DNA of 64,000 nucleotides, from the NCBI GenBank assembly GCA_964586255.1, contig CAZPGE010000001.1, positions 64,750 through 128,749 of the forward strand. The letters run 5' to 3'. The position numbers were made by a program, and so were the translations under genes. Below, piece after piece: positions 47,832 through 57,545 of this stretch; the first letter of the stretch is position 1; each line of letters opens with the position of its first letter. The DNA is from an uncultured Candidatus Saccharibacteria bacterium. GTDB taxonomy: Bacteria > Patescibacteriota > Minisyncoccia > Phycocordibacterales > UBA2100. The notes under the pieces are model-generated. The model saw only the letters and a program-made list of their open reading frames with translations, did no database searches and had not been told where the DNA came from.

Positions 47832-50800
47832 ATGCAGTACGACCACCGGAAAATAGAGAAAAAGTGGCAGGACCTCTGGGCACGCAACAAGATATACACG
47901 ACGGTCGACCAGGTGCCGGGCAAAGATAATTTCTACCTGCTGGTCGAATTTCCGTATCCGTCGGGCAATCTCCACGTCGGACATTGGTACGCGTTTGCGG
48001 TACCCGATATTTTTGCGCGTTTCAATCGCATGCAAGGGAAAAACGTAATGTACCCGATTGGATTTGATGCGTTTGGACTTCCGGCAGAGAATGCCGCGAT
48101 AAAAAATAAGCTCAATCCTCGCGAATGGACTGAGAAAAATATTGCACACATGACGACCCAGATTGAATCGATGGGTACGATGTTTGATTGGTCGCGTCAG
48201 GTTTCCACTATCGATCCCGCGTACTACAAGTGGACACAATGGCTTTTCTTGCAGCTCTATAAGAAGGGATTGGTCTATCAGCGGGAGACTGCGGTAAACT
48301 GGTGTCCGACCGATAAGACGGTGCTTGCGAACGAGCAGGTGACAGACGGAAAGTGCGAGCGCTGTGGTGCTGAGGTGCAGCAGAGGCAGATGCTGCAGTG
48401 GAATATCAAGATTACCGATTATGCAGACAGACTCATAGACGACCTGGAGGCGCTCGACTGGCCCGAGCAAATAAAGGAGTCGCAGAGAAATTGGATAGGA
48501 CGTAGCGAGGGTGCCGAAATAGATTTTGCCCTTGATATGGGGGAAAAGTTCAAGTTTGTCATCCTCCACGGCTTTGAGAGTGGCCCCGATCGCCCGCGCT
48601 GGGTGTGGGCAAAAGCGAAGCTCGAGGAAATGGGTCACGAGGTGATTATCCCCGCACTCCCGAATCCGGGTGCGCCGACTGAGCGCGAGTGGGTGGAGAC
48701 AGCGCTTGCGGCTACATTGTACGATGAGCACACCGTGCTCGTCGGACATAGTCTCGGCGCAGTAGCAGCCCTAAAAGTGCTCGAGAAATTGGAAACACCC
48801 ATCGCGCGCCTCGTTACGGTCGGCGGGTTTGTCAGCAAGAATTTCAAGGACAACCCGCGTCCGTTTGAGAAGACATTTGTATGGAAATTTGACGGTGAGA
48901 AGATACGACAGAATGCTCGCTCAATCACAATCCTGCACGACCCGCGTGACTATGCTGTCTCGGAAGCGCAGGCTAAGGAGCTTGCGGACTTATTGCAGAC
49001 TCCTCTCACTATCGGCACCTCGAATAAGCCTCACTTTACGGGAGAGACGGAGCCCGATGTTGTCATGTGGCTTCGACCCACAATCCGCGTATTTACCACG
49101 CGCCCCGATACGCTCTTTGGCGCGACGTACCTCGTGCTTGCGCCAGAGCATCCGTGGGTAAAGCTCTCCCTTGAGCACGCGAATGTACTGAAAAACAATG
49201 ACGAGGTTCAAAAATATGTTGATGCGTCGTCAAAGAGGAGTGACCTAGAAAGACAGACCGATCAAAAGGATAAGACAGGGGTGAAGCTCGAGGGTGTGGA
49301 GGCACTGAACCCGGCGACGGGAGAGAAGATTCCGCTGTATGTCGCGGATTACGTACTCGGCCACTATGGTACAGGCGCAATCATGGCGGTGCCCGCACAT
49401 GACGAACGCGACTTTGAATTTGCGAAGAAATTTGGTCTGCCGATACGAGAAGTCGTTGCATCGATAGCGCGAAGCATGCCTCCACGCGAGGATGCCGTAC
49501 GTGAGAGCGAGAAGTTTCAGGAACGGGATGCGGTTATGTGCATCGTGAAGCACTGGCAGAAGGACGAGTACCTCTGCATTCAGTGGCGAGATTTTGACGT
49601 GCGAACTTTCATATCAGGGGGAGTTGAAGCAGGGGAGACACCTGAGCAAACAGGCCTGAGAGAGATACGTGAAGAAACAGGGTATCTAAATCCGAGATTC
49701 GTGCGCCGGGTGGGTGGCACATCGTATATCGAATTCTATCATCGCGCGAAAAAAACAAACGTTCGAGCTCGATTCAGTTATTTGTATTTCGAGTTGCAAA
49801 ATGAGGAAAGTGAACCGATGTCGGAGGAAGAGTCGGCGAAACACACTGTCGTGTGGAAGAAGCCTGAAGAAATACTAAGTTTTCTCACTATTTTGGAGAG
49901 AGAGCGTTTGTGGAAACTTTTTAACGGAGGCGAGTCACCATACTCAGGAGAGGGAGCGCTGATGCAATCGGAGGAGTTCAACGGCATGAATACTGGTGAT
50001 GCGCGGAAGGCGATGACCGAGAAATTTGGTCGCATGAAGAAGACGTATAAGCTTCGCGACTGGGTGGTCTCGCGCCAGCGTTACTGGGGTGTGCCGATAC
50101 CAATGATTCACTGCGCGAAGTGCGGCGCGCAACCCGTACCCGACGAGCAGCTGCCAGTGGTGCTTCCCGATGTCGAAGATTATCTGCCGGAGGGGAGCGG
50201 TAAATCTCCACTCGCGAAAGTGGATTCTTTTGTGCACGTAAAGTGTCCACAATGCGGTGCCGATGCGCAGCGTGAGACGGACACATTTGATACATTCGTC
50301 GACTCTTCATGGTATTTCCTGCGCTATACCGACTCGCAGAATCCGCAAGAGTTTGCGGCGAAAGCAAAGCAGGATAGCTGGATGCAGGTGGATCTCTACT
50401 CAGGCGGCGCAGAGCACACGACCATGCACCTGCTCTACAGCCGATTCTGGCACAAGGCGCTCTATGATTGCGGTCTCGTGGCAGACCCTGAGCCGTACGC
50501 ACGGCGCATGAATCGCTCGCTTATCATGGGGCCGGACGGCCAAAAAATGAGCAAGTCGAAGGGTAATGTCATCGACCCAGACGAAGTCGTGGCCACACTC
50601 GGCGCCGATACGGTACGCATGTACCTTGCGTTTATAGGCCCATACAACGAGGTCTCCAGCTACCCGTGGAATCCGGATGCGGTAGTCGGCGTCCGCCGTT
50701 TCCTTGAGCGCGTATGCAGACTTTCCGAGAAGCTTGTCGACGAGGGGGGAAACGATGCAGCGCTTCACAAGACGGTAAAGAAGATGTCGGATGATATACC

Positions 50801-51203
50801 GAAACTAAAATTCAACACCGCTATTTCTGCACTGATGATATTCGTCAATGAAGCGGAAAAGCGCGGTATGACAAAAGACCAATTTGCTCGCTTTGTCCGT
50901 CTGCTCGCGCCATTCGCGCCCCACGTCTCCGAAGAACTTTGGGAGCAGCTCGGCAATACCGGGAGTATTCACTTGGAAGCATGGCCGACATATGAAGACA
51001 AGTATCTTATCGACGACACGGTGTCGATGGCTATCCAGATTGATGGCAAGACACGCGGTGAAGTGTCTGTCGCAGCAGATGCTGACAAGGAGACAGTGGA
51101 GAGAGCGGCACGAGAAGTCGTCGCGGCGCGATTGGAAGGTCAGAAAGTCGCCCGTGTCGTCGTGGTACCAAGGCGATTGGTCAACTTCGTGCTGGAGAAT
51201 TAG
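47832..51203 (+). CDS. leuS: leucine--tRNA ligase carrying two inserted domains: a YdeN/RBBP9-like alpha/beta serine hydrolase (~48530-49080) and a NUDIX hydrolase (~49455-49960)
   Basis: Canonical LeuRS blocks are all in one frame: HVGH (HIGH) motif, TTRPDTLFGATY, AVPAHDERDFEFAKKFGLPI, WVVSRQRYWGVPIP, and KMSKSKGN. Between them lie ILHGFESGP...GHSLGA (serine hydrolase) and GGVEAGETPEQTGLREIREETGY (Nudix box). Total is 1124 aa against ~820-860 aa for a typical bacterial LeuRS. Confidence 0.85.
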   Translation: MQYDHRKIEKKWQDLWARNKIYTTVDQVPGKDNFYLLVEFPYPSGNLHVGHWYAFAVPDIFARFNRMQGKNVMYPIGFDAFGLPAENAAIKNKLNPREWTEKNIAHMTTQIESMGTMFDWSRQVSTIDPAYYKWTQWLFLQLYKKGLVYQRETAVNWCPTDKTVLANEQVTDGKCERCGAEVQQRQMLQWNIKITDYADRLIDDLEALDWPEQIKESQRNWIGRSEGAEIDFALDMGEKFKFVILHGFESGPDRPRWVWAKAKLEEMGHEVIIPALPNPGAPTEREWVETALAATLYDEHTVLVGHSLGAVAALKVLEKLETPIARLVTVGGFVSKNFKDNPRPFEKTFVWKFDGEKIRQNARSITILHDPRDYAVSEAQAKELADLLQTPLTIGTSNKPHFTGETEPDVVMWLRPTIRVFTTRPDTLFGATYLVLAPEHPWVKLSLEHANVLKNNDEVQKYVDASSKRSDLERQTDQKDKTGVKLEGVEALNPATGEKIPLYVADYVLGHYGTGAIMAVPAHDERDFEFAKKFGLPIREVVASIARSMPPREDAVRESEKFQERDAVMCIVKHWQKDEYLCIQWRDFDVRTFISGGVEAGETPEQTGLREIREETGYLNPRFVRRVGGTSYIEFYHRAKKTNVRARFSYLYFELQNEESEPMSEEESAKHTVVWKKPEEILSFLTILERERLWKLFNGGESPYSGEGALMQSEEFNGMNTGDARKAMTEKFGRMKKTYKLRDWVVSRQRYWGVPIPMIHCAKCGAQPVPDEQLPVVLPDVEDYLPEGSGKSPLAKVDSFVHVKCPQCGADAQRETDTFDTFVDSSWYFLRYTDSQNPQEFAAKAKQDSWMQVDLYSGGAEHTTMHLLYSRFWHKALYDCGLVADPEPYARRMNRSLIMGPDGQKMSKSKGNVIDPDEVVATLGADTVRMYLAFIGPYNEVSSYPWNPDAVVGVRRFLERVCRLSEKLVDEGGNDAALHKTVKKMSDDIPKLKFNTAISALMIFVNEAEKRGMTKDQFARFVRLLAPFAPHVSEELWEQLGNTGSIHLEAWPTYEDKYLIDDTVSMAIQIDGKTRGEVSVAADADKETVERAAREVVAARLEGQKVARVVVVPRRLVNFVLEN

Positions 51204-52681
51204 CGAGCGCGCACTTGCGGACCCTCTGGGCGGTCGTCGACCGTGTAGCCTTTTTCAAGCAGTGCAGAGCGAAGCTCGTCGGCACGTGACCAATTTTTGT
51301 CGGCACGAGCCTGCTCACGCTCTTCGAGTATGAGTAAAATGTCCTCTGGCAAATCCTGTGTATCCACTGCTCGGCCAAACTGCGCCGCAGAAAGCGAAAC
51401 CGCGAGCTCATCATCTTCGGCGAGCTTCAGGCCAAGAATCTTGTCGATGTCGGCGATAGTGGCGCGCATGTCCGCGGGAGACACGGAGGCGTCTTTCGTG
51501 AGCTCCCATATGCACGATAGTGCGCCCGGTGTATCGAGGTCATCGTCGATGCGCTCGAGTATTGCCGCGAGGTGTTCATCGTGTGGGCGACCGCCTTCCG
51601 GAGCGCTCTGTACAAGCGTGCGGAGGCGTAGGAATGCAGTCTGAGACGCCTCAAGTGCATCCCAAGAGAAATTTGCATTGGAACGATAGTGCGCACCGAG
51701 GTAGAGGTACCGGAGCGCGAGAGGGTGAAAGCCTTTCGCTACTACATCGGCAAGATAGACGACGTTGCCCTTCGATTTCGCGAGTTTACCGCCGGCGAGC
51801 TGTATGTGTGCACGGTGGAGCCAGAAGCGAGAGAGCGGCTTTTTGCCCGTTGCCGCCTCAGATTGCGCGATTTCGTTGTTGTGATGCACGGGAATGTGCT
51901 CGATACCACCGGTGTGAATGTCTATTTGCTCACCGAGCGTACGACGTATCATCGCGGAGCACTCTATATGCCAGCCGGGAAAACCCTGACCCCAAGGAGA
52001 GTCCCAGCCGATCTTTTTGTCGAGTTTCCAAAGTGCAAAATCGGTCGGATGTCTCTTGCCTGAGACCGTGGCGACGCGCGCACCCTCTTTTAGGCCAGCG
52101 AGGTCGATACCACCAAGTGCGCCGTACTCGGGAAAGCGCGATGTGTCGTAGTAGACACCGTCATCGGTCGAGTATGCGTAGCCCTTTTGTTCGAGCGATT
52201 CAATCATCGCAATCTGTGCAGGAATGTAGTCACTCGCGCGCGGAAATTCGATGCGAGTGGTATCTATGTTGAGCGCGGCGATATCTTCTAGAAATGCGGC
52301 GGTGTATTTCTCTGCAAGCGTGCGCATATTCTCGAGTGTGGGCTTCATATGCTCACGCTTGAGACCTTTGGTCATCTTGTCCTCGCCCTCGTCGGCATCG
52401 GATGTAAGGTGGCCCACGTCGGTGATGTTGATGACCTGCTTCACGGGGAAACCGTGGTATTCGAGCGTTCTGCGCACAAGGTCCGCAAAAACAAACATCG
52501 AGAGGTTACCGATATGCTGCGTGTCATAGACAGTCGGACCGCAGTTGTACATCCGAACAGATTTCACTGTCGCTGGAAGATCAAAACGCTGCACTTCCTT
52601 GGTGAGCGTGTTGTACAGAAAGAGGGGAGAGCTCGTCGGGGCCACCGGCTTCCTGCGAAAAGATAGAAAGGGCAACATCAT
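51200..52681 (-). CDS. cysS: cysteine--tRNA ligase
   Basis: CGPTVYDTQHIGN (HIGH) and KMSKS-like LAKSKGN are present. N-terminal start is uncertain (52681 or 52717). The 3' end overlaps leuS by 4 nt, convergently. Confidence 0.85.
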   Translation of the reverse strand: MMLPFLSFRRKPVAPTSSPLFLYNTLTKEVQRFDLPATVKSVRMYNCGPTVYDTQHIGNLSMFVFADLVRRTLEYHGFPVKQVINITDVGHLTSDADEGEDKMTKGLKREHMKPTLENMRTLAEKYTAAFLEDIAALNIDTTRIEFPRASDYIPAQIAMIESLEQKGYAYSTDDGVYYDTSRFPEYGALGGIDLAGLKEGARVATVSGKRHPTDFALWKLDKKIGWDSPWGQGFPGWHIECSAMIRRTLGEQIDIHTGGIEHIPVHHNNEIAQSEAATGKKPLSRFWLHRAHIQLAGGKLAKSKGNVVYLADVVAKGFHPLALRYLYLGAHYRSNANFSWDALEASQTAFLRLRTLVQSAPEGGRPHDEHLAAILERIDDDLDTPGALSCIWELTKDASVSPADMRATIADIDKILGLKLAEDDELAVSLSAAQFGRAVDTQDLPEDILLILEEREQARADKNWSRADELRSALLEKGYTVDDRPEGPQVRAR

Positions 52682-52756
52682 TGAGCACAGTATGACCGTA
52701 ATGAGGCCCTGCTTCAAGTGCTGCTGGGCGACGTGGTACGATATTCAACAACAGAC

Positions 52757-54457
52757 ATGGAGCTATTCGCAGAACTCAGCATCGTAATCGTCATTGCCGC
52801 ATGTGTTGCGGTCTTGATGCGTCTTCTGAGGCAGCCGCTCATCATCGGGCATATTCTTACAGGTCTCATAGTCGGACCTTTCGTATTCAACATAGTGCAT
52901 TCAGCGGAAACCTTTGCACTCCTCGGTGAGATAGGTATCGCCATCTTGCTCTTTACCGTGGGTCTTCATCTCAACCCCGATATCATACGGAAGTTTGGCC
53001 GCGTCGCCGTAATATGCGCGATAAGCCAAGTATTGATCACATTCACCATCGGATATTTCGCCGGCTCGTTGCTCGGGCTCGATTCTGTTTCCTCCTTTTA
53101 CGTTGGCGTGGCCCTTGCGCTCAGCAGCACGATAATCGTGATGAAGCTCATTACGGACAAAGGGGATATCGACGTGCTCTACGCAAAAATTGCAATTGGT
53201 TTCCTACTGGTCCAAGACCTCGTCGCCATACTTTTCCTTTTGGGCTTGCCAGTCTTCGCCTCTAACGACCTGAGCGTGGAAAGCGTGCTCCAATTTGTTG
53301 TCTCGGGCGTTGTGCTGATTGGCTTCGTGTATCTGGCGTCGCGATTCTTTATCTCCAAAGCAAGCAATTTCATTTCGGAATCGCAAGAATTCCTATTCCT
53401 ATTCGCTATCACATGGGGAATCGGCATCGCGGCGCTTTTCAATCACTTCGGGTTCTCTCTTGAAAGCGGAGCGCTTATCGCGGGCATTGCGCTAGCATCA
53501 CTTCCGGCAAGACATGAGATAAGTGCACGACTTGTACCACTACGGGACTTCTTCATTGTGATGTTTTTCATCTACCTCGGCTCCCAAATGCAACTCGTCG
53601 ACGCTACGACACTGATTCCAATTGCGCTCGCCCTTTCGCTTATCGTGCTGATTGTGAACCCTCTTATCCTGACTTCGGTCCTGGGCATCATGGGATACAA
53701 GAGAAGAACAAGTCTTCAGACGGGACTCACGATTGCTCAGATTAGCGAATTCTCACTGATAATCGTGGCACTTGGTGTGTCACTCGGTCACGTTTCGCAA
53801 TCGATACTTTCACTCGTGACGCTTGTCGGTGTGATAACAATCTTTGGCTCGACTTACCTCGTGAAGTATTCGGACAATATCTACGCCATGCTCGCTCCAT
53901 ATCTCGGAATCTTTGAGCGCGCGAATGCGAAAGAGCCGCATGTGAAAAAAGATGGGTACTCCGTGGTGCTCTTTGGCTGCAACCGAATCGGCTATGACTT
54001 TCTCGAATCTCTAAAAGAAATGGGTGAGAAATTCCTTGTGGTGGACCATGACCCAGAGACCATTCAACGGCTATCGGCTCAGGGCATCGTGGCGGAGTAC
54101 GGTGACGCAGGGGACCTAGACTTCCTGGGGACTATCGATTTTTCGAAGGTCGAGCTCGTCGTATCGACAGTGCCGCACAGTGAGACGAATCTCCTTATCC
54201 ATCGCGCAGTAAAGGCTGCCAATGAAAACGCGGTTGTCATGGTTGTCGCTCATAAGCTCGCAGATGCGCTGTCGCACTACGACGAGGGAATAGACTACGT
54301 GATACTTCCTCATTTCCTCGGTGGCAAGTATGCGGCCGAGCTCGTAGTGAAGTTTCGCGCCGATAAAGAGCGATATGAGAATTTGAGGAATAAGCACATA
54401 AAACATTTGCAGCTTCGCATGAGCTCCGGTCACGAACATCCGCACAGCAGCTCGTAA
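52757..54457 (+). CDS. monovalent cation:proton antiporter-2 (CPA2, Kef-type) with C-terminal RCK/TrkA-N domain
   Basis: About 12 TM segments, a Kef-like N-terminus (ELSIVIVIAACVAVLMRLLRQPLIIGHILTGLIVGP), and a C-terminal Rossmann-like VVLFGCNRIGYDF. Confidence 0.75.
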   Translation: MELFAELSIVIVIAACVAVLMRLLRQPLIIGHILTGLIVGPFVFNIVHSAETFALLGEIGIAILLFTVGLHLNPDIIRKFGRVAVICAISQVLITFTIGYFAGSLLGLDSVSSFYVGVALALSSTIIVMKLITDKGDIDVLYAKIAIGFLLVQDLVAILFLLGLPVFASNDLSVESVLQFVVSGVVLIGFVYLASRFFISKASNFISESQEFLFLFAITWGIGIAALFNHFGFSLESGALIAGIALASLPARHEISARLVPLRDFFIVMFFIYLGSQMQLVDATTLIPIALALSLIVLIVNPLILTSVLGIMGYKRRTSLQTGLTIAQISEFSLIIVALGVSLGHVSQSILSLVTLVGVITIFGSTYLVKYSDNIYAMLAPYLGIFERANAKEPHVKKDGYSVVLFGCNRIGYDFLESLKEMGEKFLVVDHDPETIQRLSAQGIVAEYGDAGDLDFLGTIDFSKVELVVSTVPHSETNLLIHRAVKAANENAVVMVVAHKLADALSHYDEGIDYVILPHFLGGKYAAELVVKFRADKERYENLRNKHIKHLQLRMSSGHEHPHSSS

Positions 54458-54515
54458 TTCCGACACCGCTCACCGGACTTCTCATACGGGTGTCTCCATG
54501 AGATAATTCATCGTC

Positions 54516-55748
54516 ATGAATGAAAAACGCTCCATTTCGTATGCGACAGCTGCACCAATAGCAGCGCTTATTCTGGTGCTTGGCTTTATCGGTGGCTCAA
54601 GCCTTGGCGGGAGCCCCGTGGCCAGCCTCTCAACGGACGCGAACATGCCCGAAGGCGTTGATTTTGCACCGGTCTGGAGAGCGTGGAGCGTGATAGATGA
54701 AAAGTTTGTACCTGCGTCCGTAGCGACGTCTACCGTGATAGCGACCAGTACGGCCGATAGGAATCAGGAACGTGTCTGGGGGATGATAGAGGGTCTCGCG
54801 AATTCGCTCAACGATCCATACACATTTTTCCTCCCGCCCGCAGAAAATGAACAGTTCGGTGAAGATATGAGCGGCAAGTTTGAGGGTGTTGGTATGGAAA
54901 TCGCCGTGCGCGATCAAGTGCTCACCATCGTGACGCCGCTCAAGGGTACGCCCGCAGAACGCGCTGGCCTCAAGAGCGGAGATAAGATTTTGAAAATCGA
55001 CGGCAAAGATACACACGACCTCGACGTCTCAGGAGCCATAAAGCTCATACGCGGTCCCAAAGGTACCATAGTCACGCTCACCATCGCGCGCGAGGGAGAC
55101 ACTAAAGTGCACGAAGTGGAAGTGATGCGCGACGTGATAAACGTGCCCATCGTCACCACGACCAATCGCGAGGACGGAGTCTTTGTGATTCAGGTCTCGC
55201 AATTTACTGCCAACTCTACGGACCACTTCCGCAATGCGCTTCGTGAGTTTGTGCAGTCAGGAAAGACGAAGCTCGTCCTCGATCTGCGCGGCAATCCGGG
55301 AGGCTATCTGGATGCTGCGGTAGATATGGCAAGCTGGTTTCTTCCGTCGGGAAAAGTGGTGGTGACGGAAGACTATGCCGGACACGCGGACAACATCGTG
55401 CATCGCTCGAGTGGCTACAATGTATTCAATGAGAATCTCAAGATGGTGATCCTCGTCGACCGCGGTTCGGCCTCTGCATCAGAGATTCTTGCCGATGCTC
55501 TGCGGCATTACGGAATCGCAAAGATGGTGGGTACCAATACATTCGGAAAAGGTTCCGTCCAAGAACTCGTGACCATCACGCAAGACACGGCACTCAAGAT
55601 TACCGTGGCGAGATGGCTAGGGCCGGACGGAAAGCAGATACCGCTTACTGGTATCGTGCCGGACGTGGAGGTGACGGTCTCGGAAGACGACCTCAAAGCG
55701 AAAAAAGACCCGCAGCTCGACAAAGCGATTGAGATGCTCAATATATAG
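54516..55748 (+). CDS. ctpA: carboxyl-terminal processing protease (S41 family, with PDZ)
   Basis: PDZ region (GLKSGDKILKIDG) and the S41 core DLRGNPGGYL. Confidence 0.8.
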   Translation: MNEKRSISYATAAPIAALILVLGFIGGSSLGGSPVASLSTDANMPEGVDFAPVWRAWSVIDEKFVPASVATSTVIATSTADRNQERVWGMIEGLANSLNDPYTFFLPPAENEQFGEDMSGKFEGVGMEIAVRDQVLTIVTPLKGTPAERAGLKSGDKILKIDGKDTHDLDVSGAIKLIRGPKGTIVTLTIAREGDTKVHEVEVMRDVINVPIVTTTNREDGVFVIQVSQFTANSTDHFRNALREFVQSGKTKLVLDLRGNPGGYLDAAVDMASWFLPSGKVVVTEDYAGHADNIVHRSSGYNVFNENLKMVILVDRGSASASEILADALRHYGIAKMVGTNTFGKGSVQELVTITQDTALKITVARWLGPDGKQIPLTGIVPDVEVTVSEDDLKAKKDPQLDKAIEMLNI

Positions 55749-55751
55749 GGT

Positions 55752-56198
55752 ATGAAGGTCGTGATGATAAAAGACGTGGGTGGGGTAGGGAAGCGGGGCA
55801 CACTCGTGGAGGTATCTGATGGCTATGCACTCAATTACCTCATCCCGCACAGAATGGCAGAGCAGGCGACGGCACAAAAGGAATCCGAGGTCGTGGCGCG
55901 CATGAAGAAAGAGGACGCGACGCGAGAGAAAGAGGCGAGTCTCACCGCCGCTATCATCCACGGACTGAAAGGGGCGAACATAAAAATCAGTGCAAAGGCG
56001 ACTGAAAAAGGCGGGCTCTTTAAAGCAATCAGTGCCATGGATATCGCAAAAGCAATCATGGCACAGCGCGGTGAGCTCGTGCGCGTGGCGCTCATCCATA
56101 TCGATACGCCTATCAAATCGACAGGTAGCCACACGATTACTATTCGCTCCGGAGACGTGGAATCGCAATTCACTCTCACCGTACAGACGGGCAAATAA
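55752..56198 (+). CDS. rplI: 50S ribosomal protein L9
   Basis: MKVVMIKDVGGVGKRGTLVEVSDGYALNYLIP matches the L9 N-domain. Confidence 0.9.
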   Translation: MKVVMIKDVGGVGKRGTLVEVSDGYALNYLIPHRMAEQATAQKESEVVARMKKEDATREKEASLTAAIIHGLKGANIKISAKATEKGGLFKAISAMDIAKAIMAQRGELVRVALIHIDTPIKSTGSHTITIRSGDVESQFTLTVQTGK

Positions 56199-56199
56199 A

Positions 56200-56232
56200 A
56201 TAAAAGGACCGGCGAGCCGGTCCTTTTATCAA
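56200..56232. terminator. Bidirectional intrinsic terminator between rplI and rpmA
   Basis: aaaaggaccggc-gag-ccggtcctttt, flanked by A/T runs on both sides. Confidence 0.7.
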
Positions 56233-56244
56233 AAGTATAGAGTC

Positions 56245-56517
56245 TTAGAGGACGTCGACGACACGGCGCGTCACAGAGCGACCGTCGAAATTGGTCTTGC
56301 GCTTTGCACGGAAAGAAACCTTGCCGTCTTTGAGTGCGAAAAGGGTGTGGTCCTTGCCCATGCCGATGTTTTTACCGGCCATGATAGCGGTGCCGCGCTG
56401 GCGGATGATTATCTCGCCGGTGCGAACTGCCTGACCGTCAGAGCGCTTTACGCCGAGATACTTCGGATTTGAATCGCGTAGGTTTTTTGCTGAGCCGCCT
56501 GCTTTGGTATGTGCCAT
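56245..56517 (-). CDS. rpmA: 50S ribosomal protein L27
   Basis: [24 protein letters not shown] matches the L27 signature. Confidence 0.95.
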   Translation of the reverse strand: MAHTKAGGSAKNLRDSNPKYLGVKRSDGQAVRTGEIIIRQRGTAIMAGKNIGMGKDHTLFALKDGKVSFRAKRKTNFDGRSVTRRVVDVL

Positions 56518-56548
56518 GGTGGTTGTATTTCCTTGGTATTATTGCCTC

Positions 56549-56932
56549 ATGAGAATTTCTGAGGGTAGGCAGAATATACAGGAATTCGTGGCCAAATGCA
56601 AGGCTATCCTGGACCTTGGGGTAGGGGAATGGGGCCTATTCTTGGCTTTAGCGCTCGTCATATTAGCATCCTTTGGTTTGGGTCGTCTGTCGGCCCTGGT
56701 AGACGCTAAACCGCTTTTAGAGCTCCATACAGCCTCTGCGGCGGTGGAGCAGGGAATGGCCGCCGGAGGGCAATATGTGGCCTCCAGGACGGGGTCGACG
56801 TACTATTTCCCCTGGTGCTCCGGGGCGCTTAAGATTGCCCCTTCCAATGAGCGATGGTTTGCCTCGGAAGCGGCGGCGAAAGCGGCAGGGTATCGCCCAG
56901 CCAAAAACTGTAAGGGTTTGGCCACCGATTAG
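56549..56932 (+). CDS. membrane-anchored protein with degenerate Ada-type metal-binding-like C-terminal domain
   Basis: TM segment, then YYFPWCSGALKIAPSNERWFASEAAAKAAGYRPAKNC. This resembles Ada_Zn_binding (F-Y...C...N...F-S-EA...G-RPCK-C) but keeps only 2 of the 4 Cys. Confidence 0.45.
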   Translation: MRISEGRQNIQEFVAKCKAILDLGVGEWGLFLALALVILASFGLGRLSALVDAKPLLELHTASAAVEQGMAAGGQYVASRTGSTYYFPWCSGALKIAPSNERWFASEAAAKAAGYRPAKNCKGLATD

Positions 56933-56954
56933 GGACAGGGTACAATAGAGCCCA

Positions 56955-57545
56955 ATGATTGTACTTGATGTTGAGGCGACCGGTGTCGAAGCCAAGAAGC
57001 ATTCCATTGTGAGCATCGGCGCGCTCGATTTGGCGAATCCGAGTAATCGTCTGTATATGGAGTGTCGCGCATGGGATGGTGCGCACATCATGGATGAAGC
57101 GCTTGCGGTCAACGGCTTCACCAGGGAAGAGGTGCTCGATCCAAAGAAGCCAAGTGAAGCCGACCTTACGCATGAGTTTCTCCGCTGGTCGGAGGGAGTG
57201 GAGGAGCGGACATTTGCAGGACAGAATGTGTCTTTCGACCGTGACTTTTTGAAAGAGGCGGCAGAGCGAGCGGGGCACACCAATTGGCCTTTTGCGCATC
57301 GCACGCTCGACACGCACACCATGGCTTTTATGCATATGATAGAGCATGGTCTCGTGCCGCCGGTGAAGCACCGTCGCTCCGCACTCAATCTCGATGCGGT
57401 ACTGAACTATTGTGGTATTCCTGAGGAGCCGAGCCCGCACAATGCGCTCACGGGCGCTCTCTCGCATGCAGAAGTGATTTCTCGATTACTCTATGGCAGG
57501 AAACTTCTGCCAGAATTTGAACAATATGAAATTCCTTGGAAATAA
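56955..57545 (+). CDS. DEDDh 3'-5' exonuclease (DnaQ/epsilon-like)
   Basis: Exo I VLDVEATG, Exo II, and Exo III H..LTGALSHAEV. Confidence 0.75.
   Translation: MIVLDVEATGVEAKKHSIVSIGALDLANPSNRLYMECRAWDGAHIMDEALAVNGFTREEVLDPKKPSEADLTHEFLRWSEGVEERTFAGQNVSFDRDFLKEAAERAGHTNWPFAHRTLDTHTMAFMHMIEHGLVPPVKHRRSALNLDAVLNYCGIPEEPSPHNALTGALSHAEVISRLLYGRKLLPEFEQYEIPWK

Noticed and set aside
48530-49960. Possible inteins inside leuS, given the two large in-frame insertions
   Set aside because: Neither insert begins with Cys/Ser/Thr after a conserved extein junction, and neither ends with His-Asn followed by Cys/Ser/Thr. Both instead show enzymatic signatures: the GHSLG serine hydrolase motif and the Nudix box. 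They are therefore called domain fusions.
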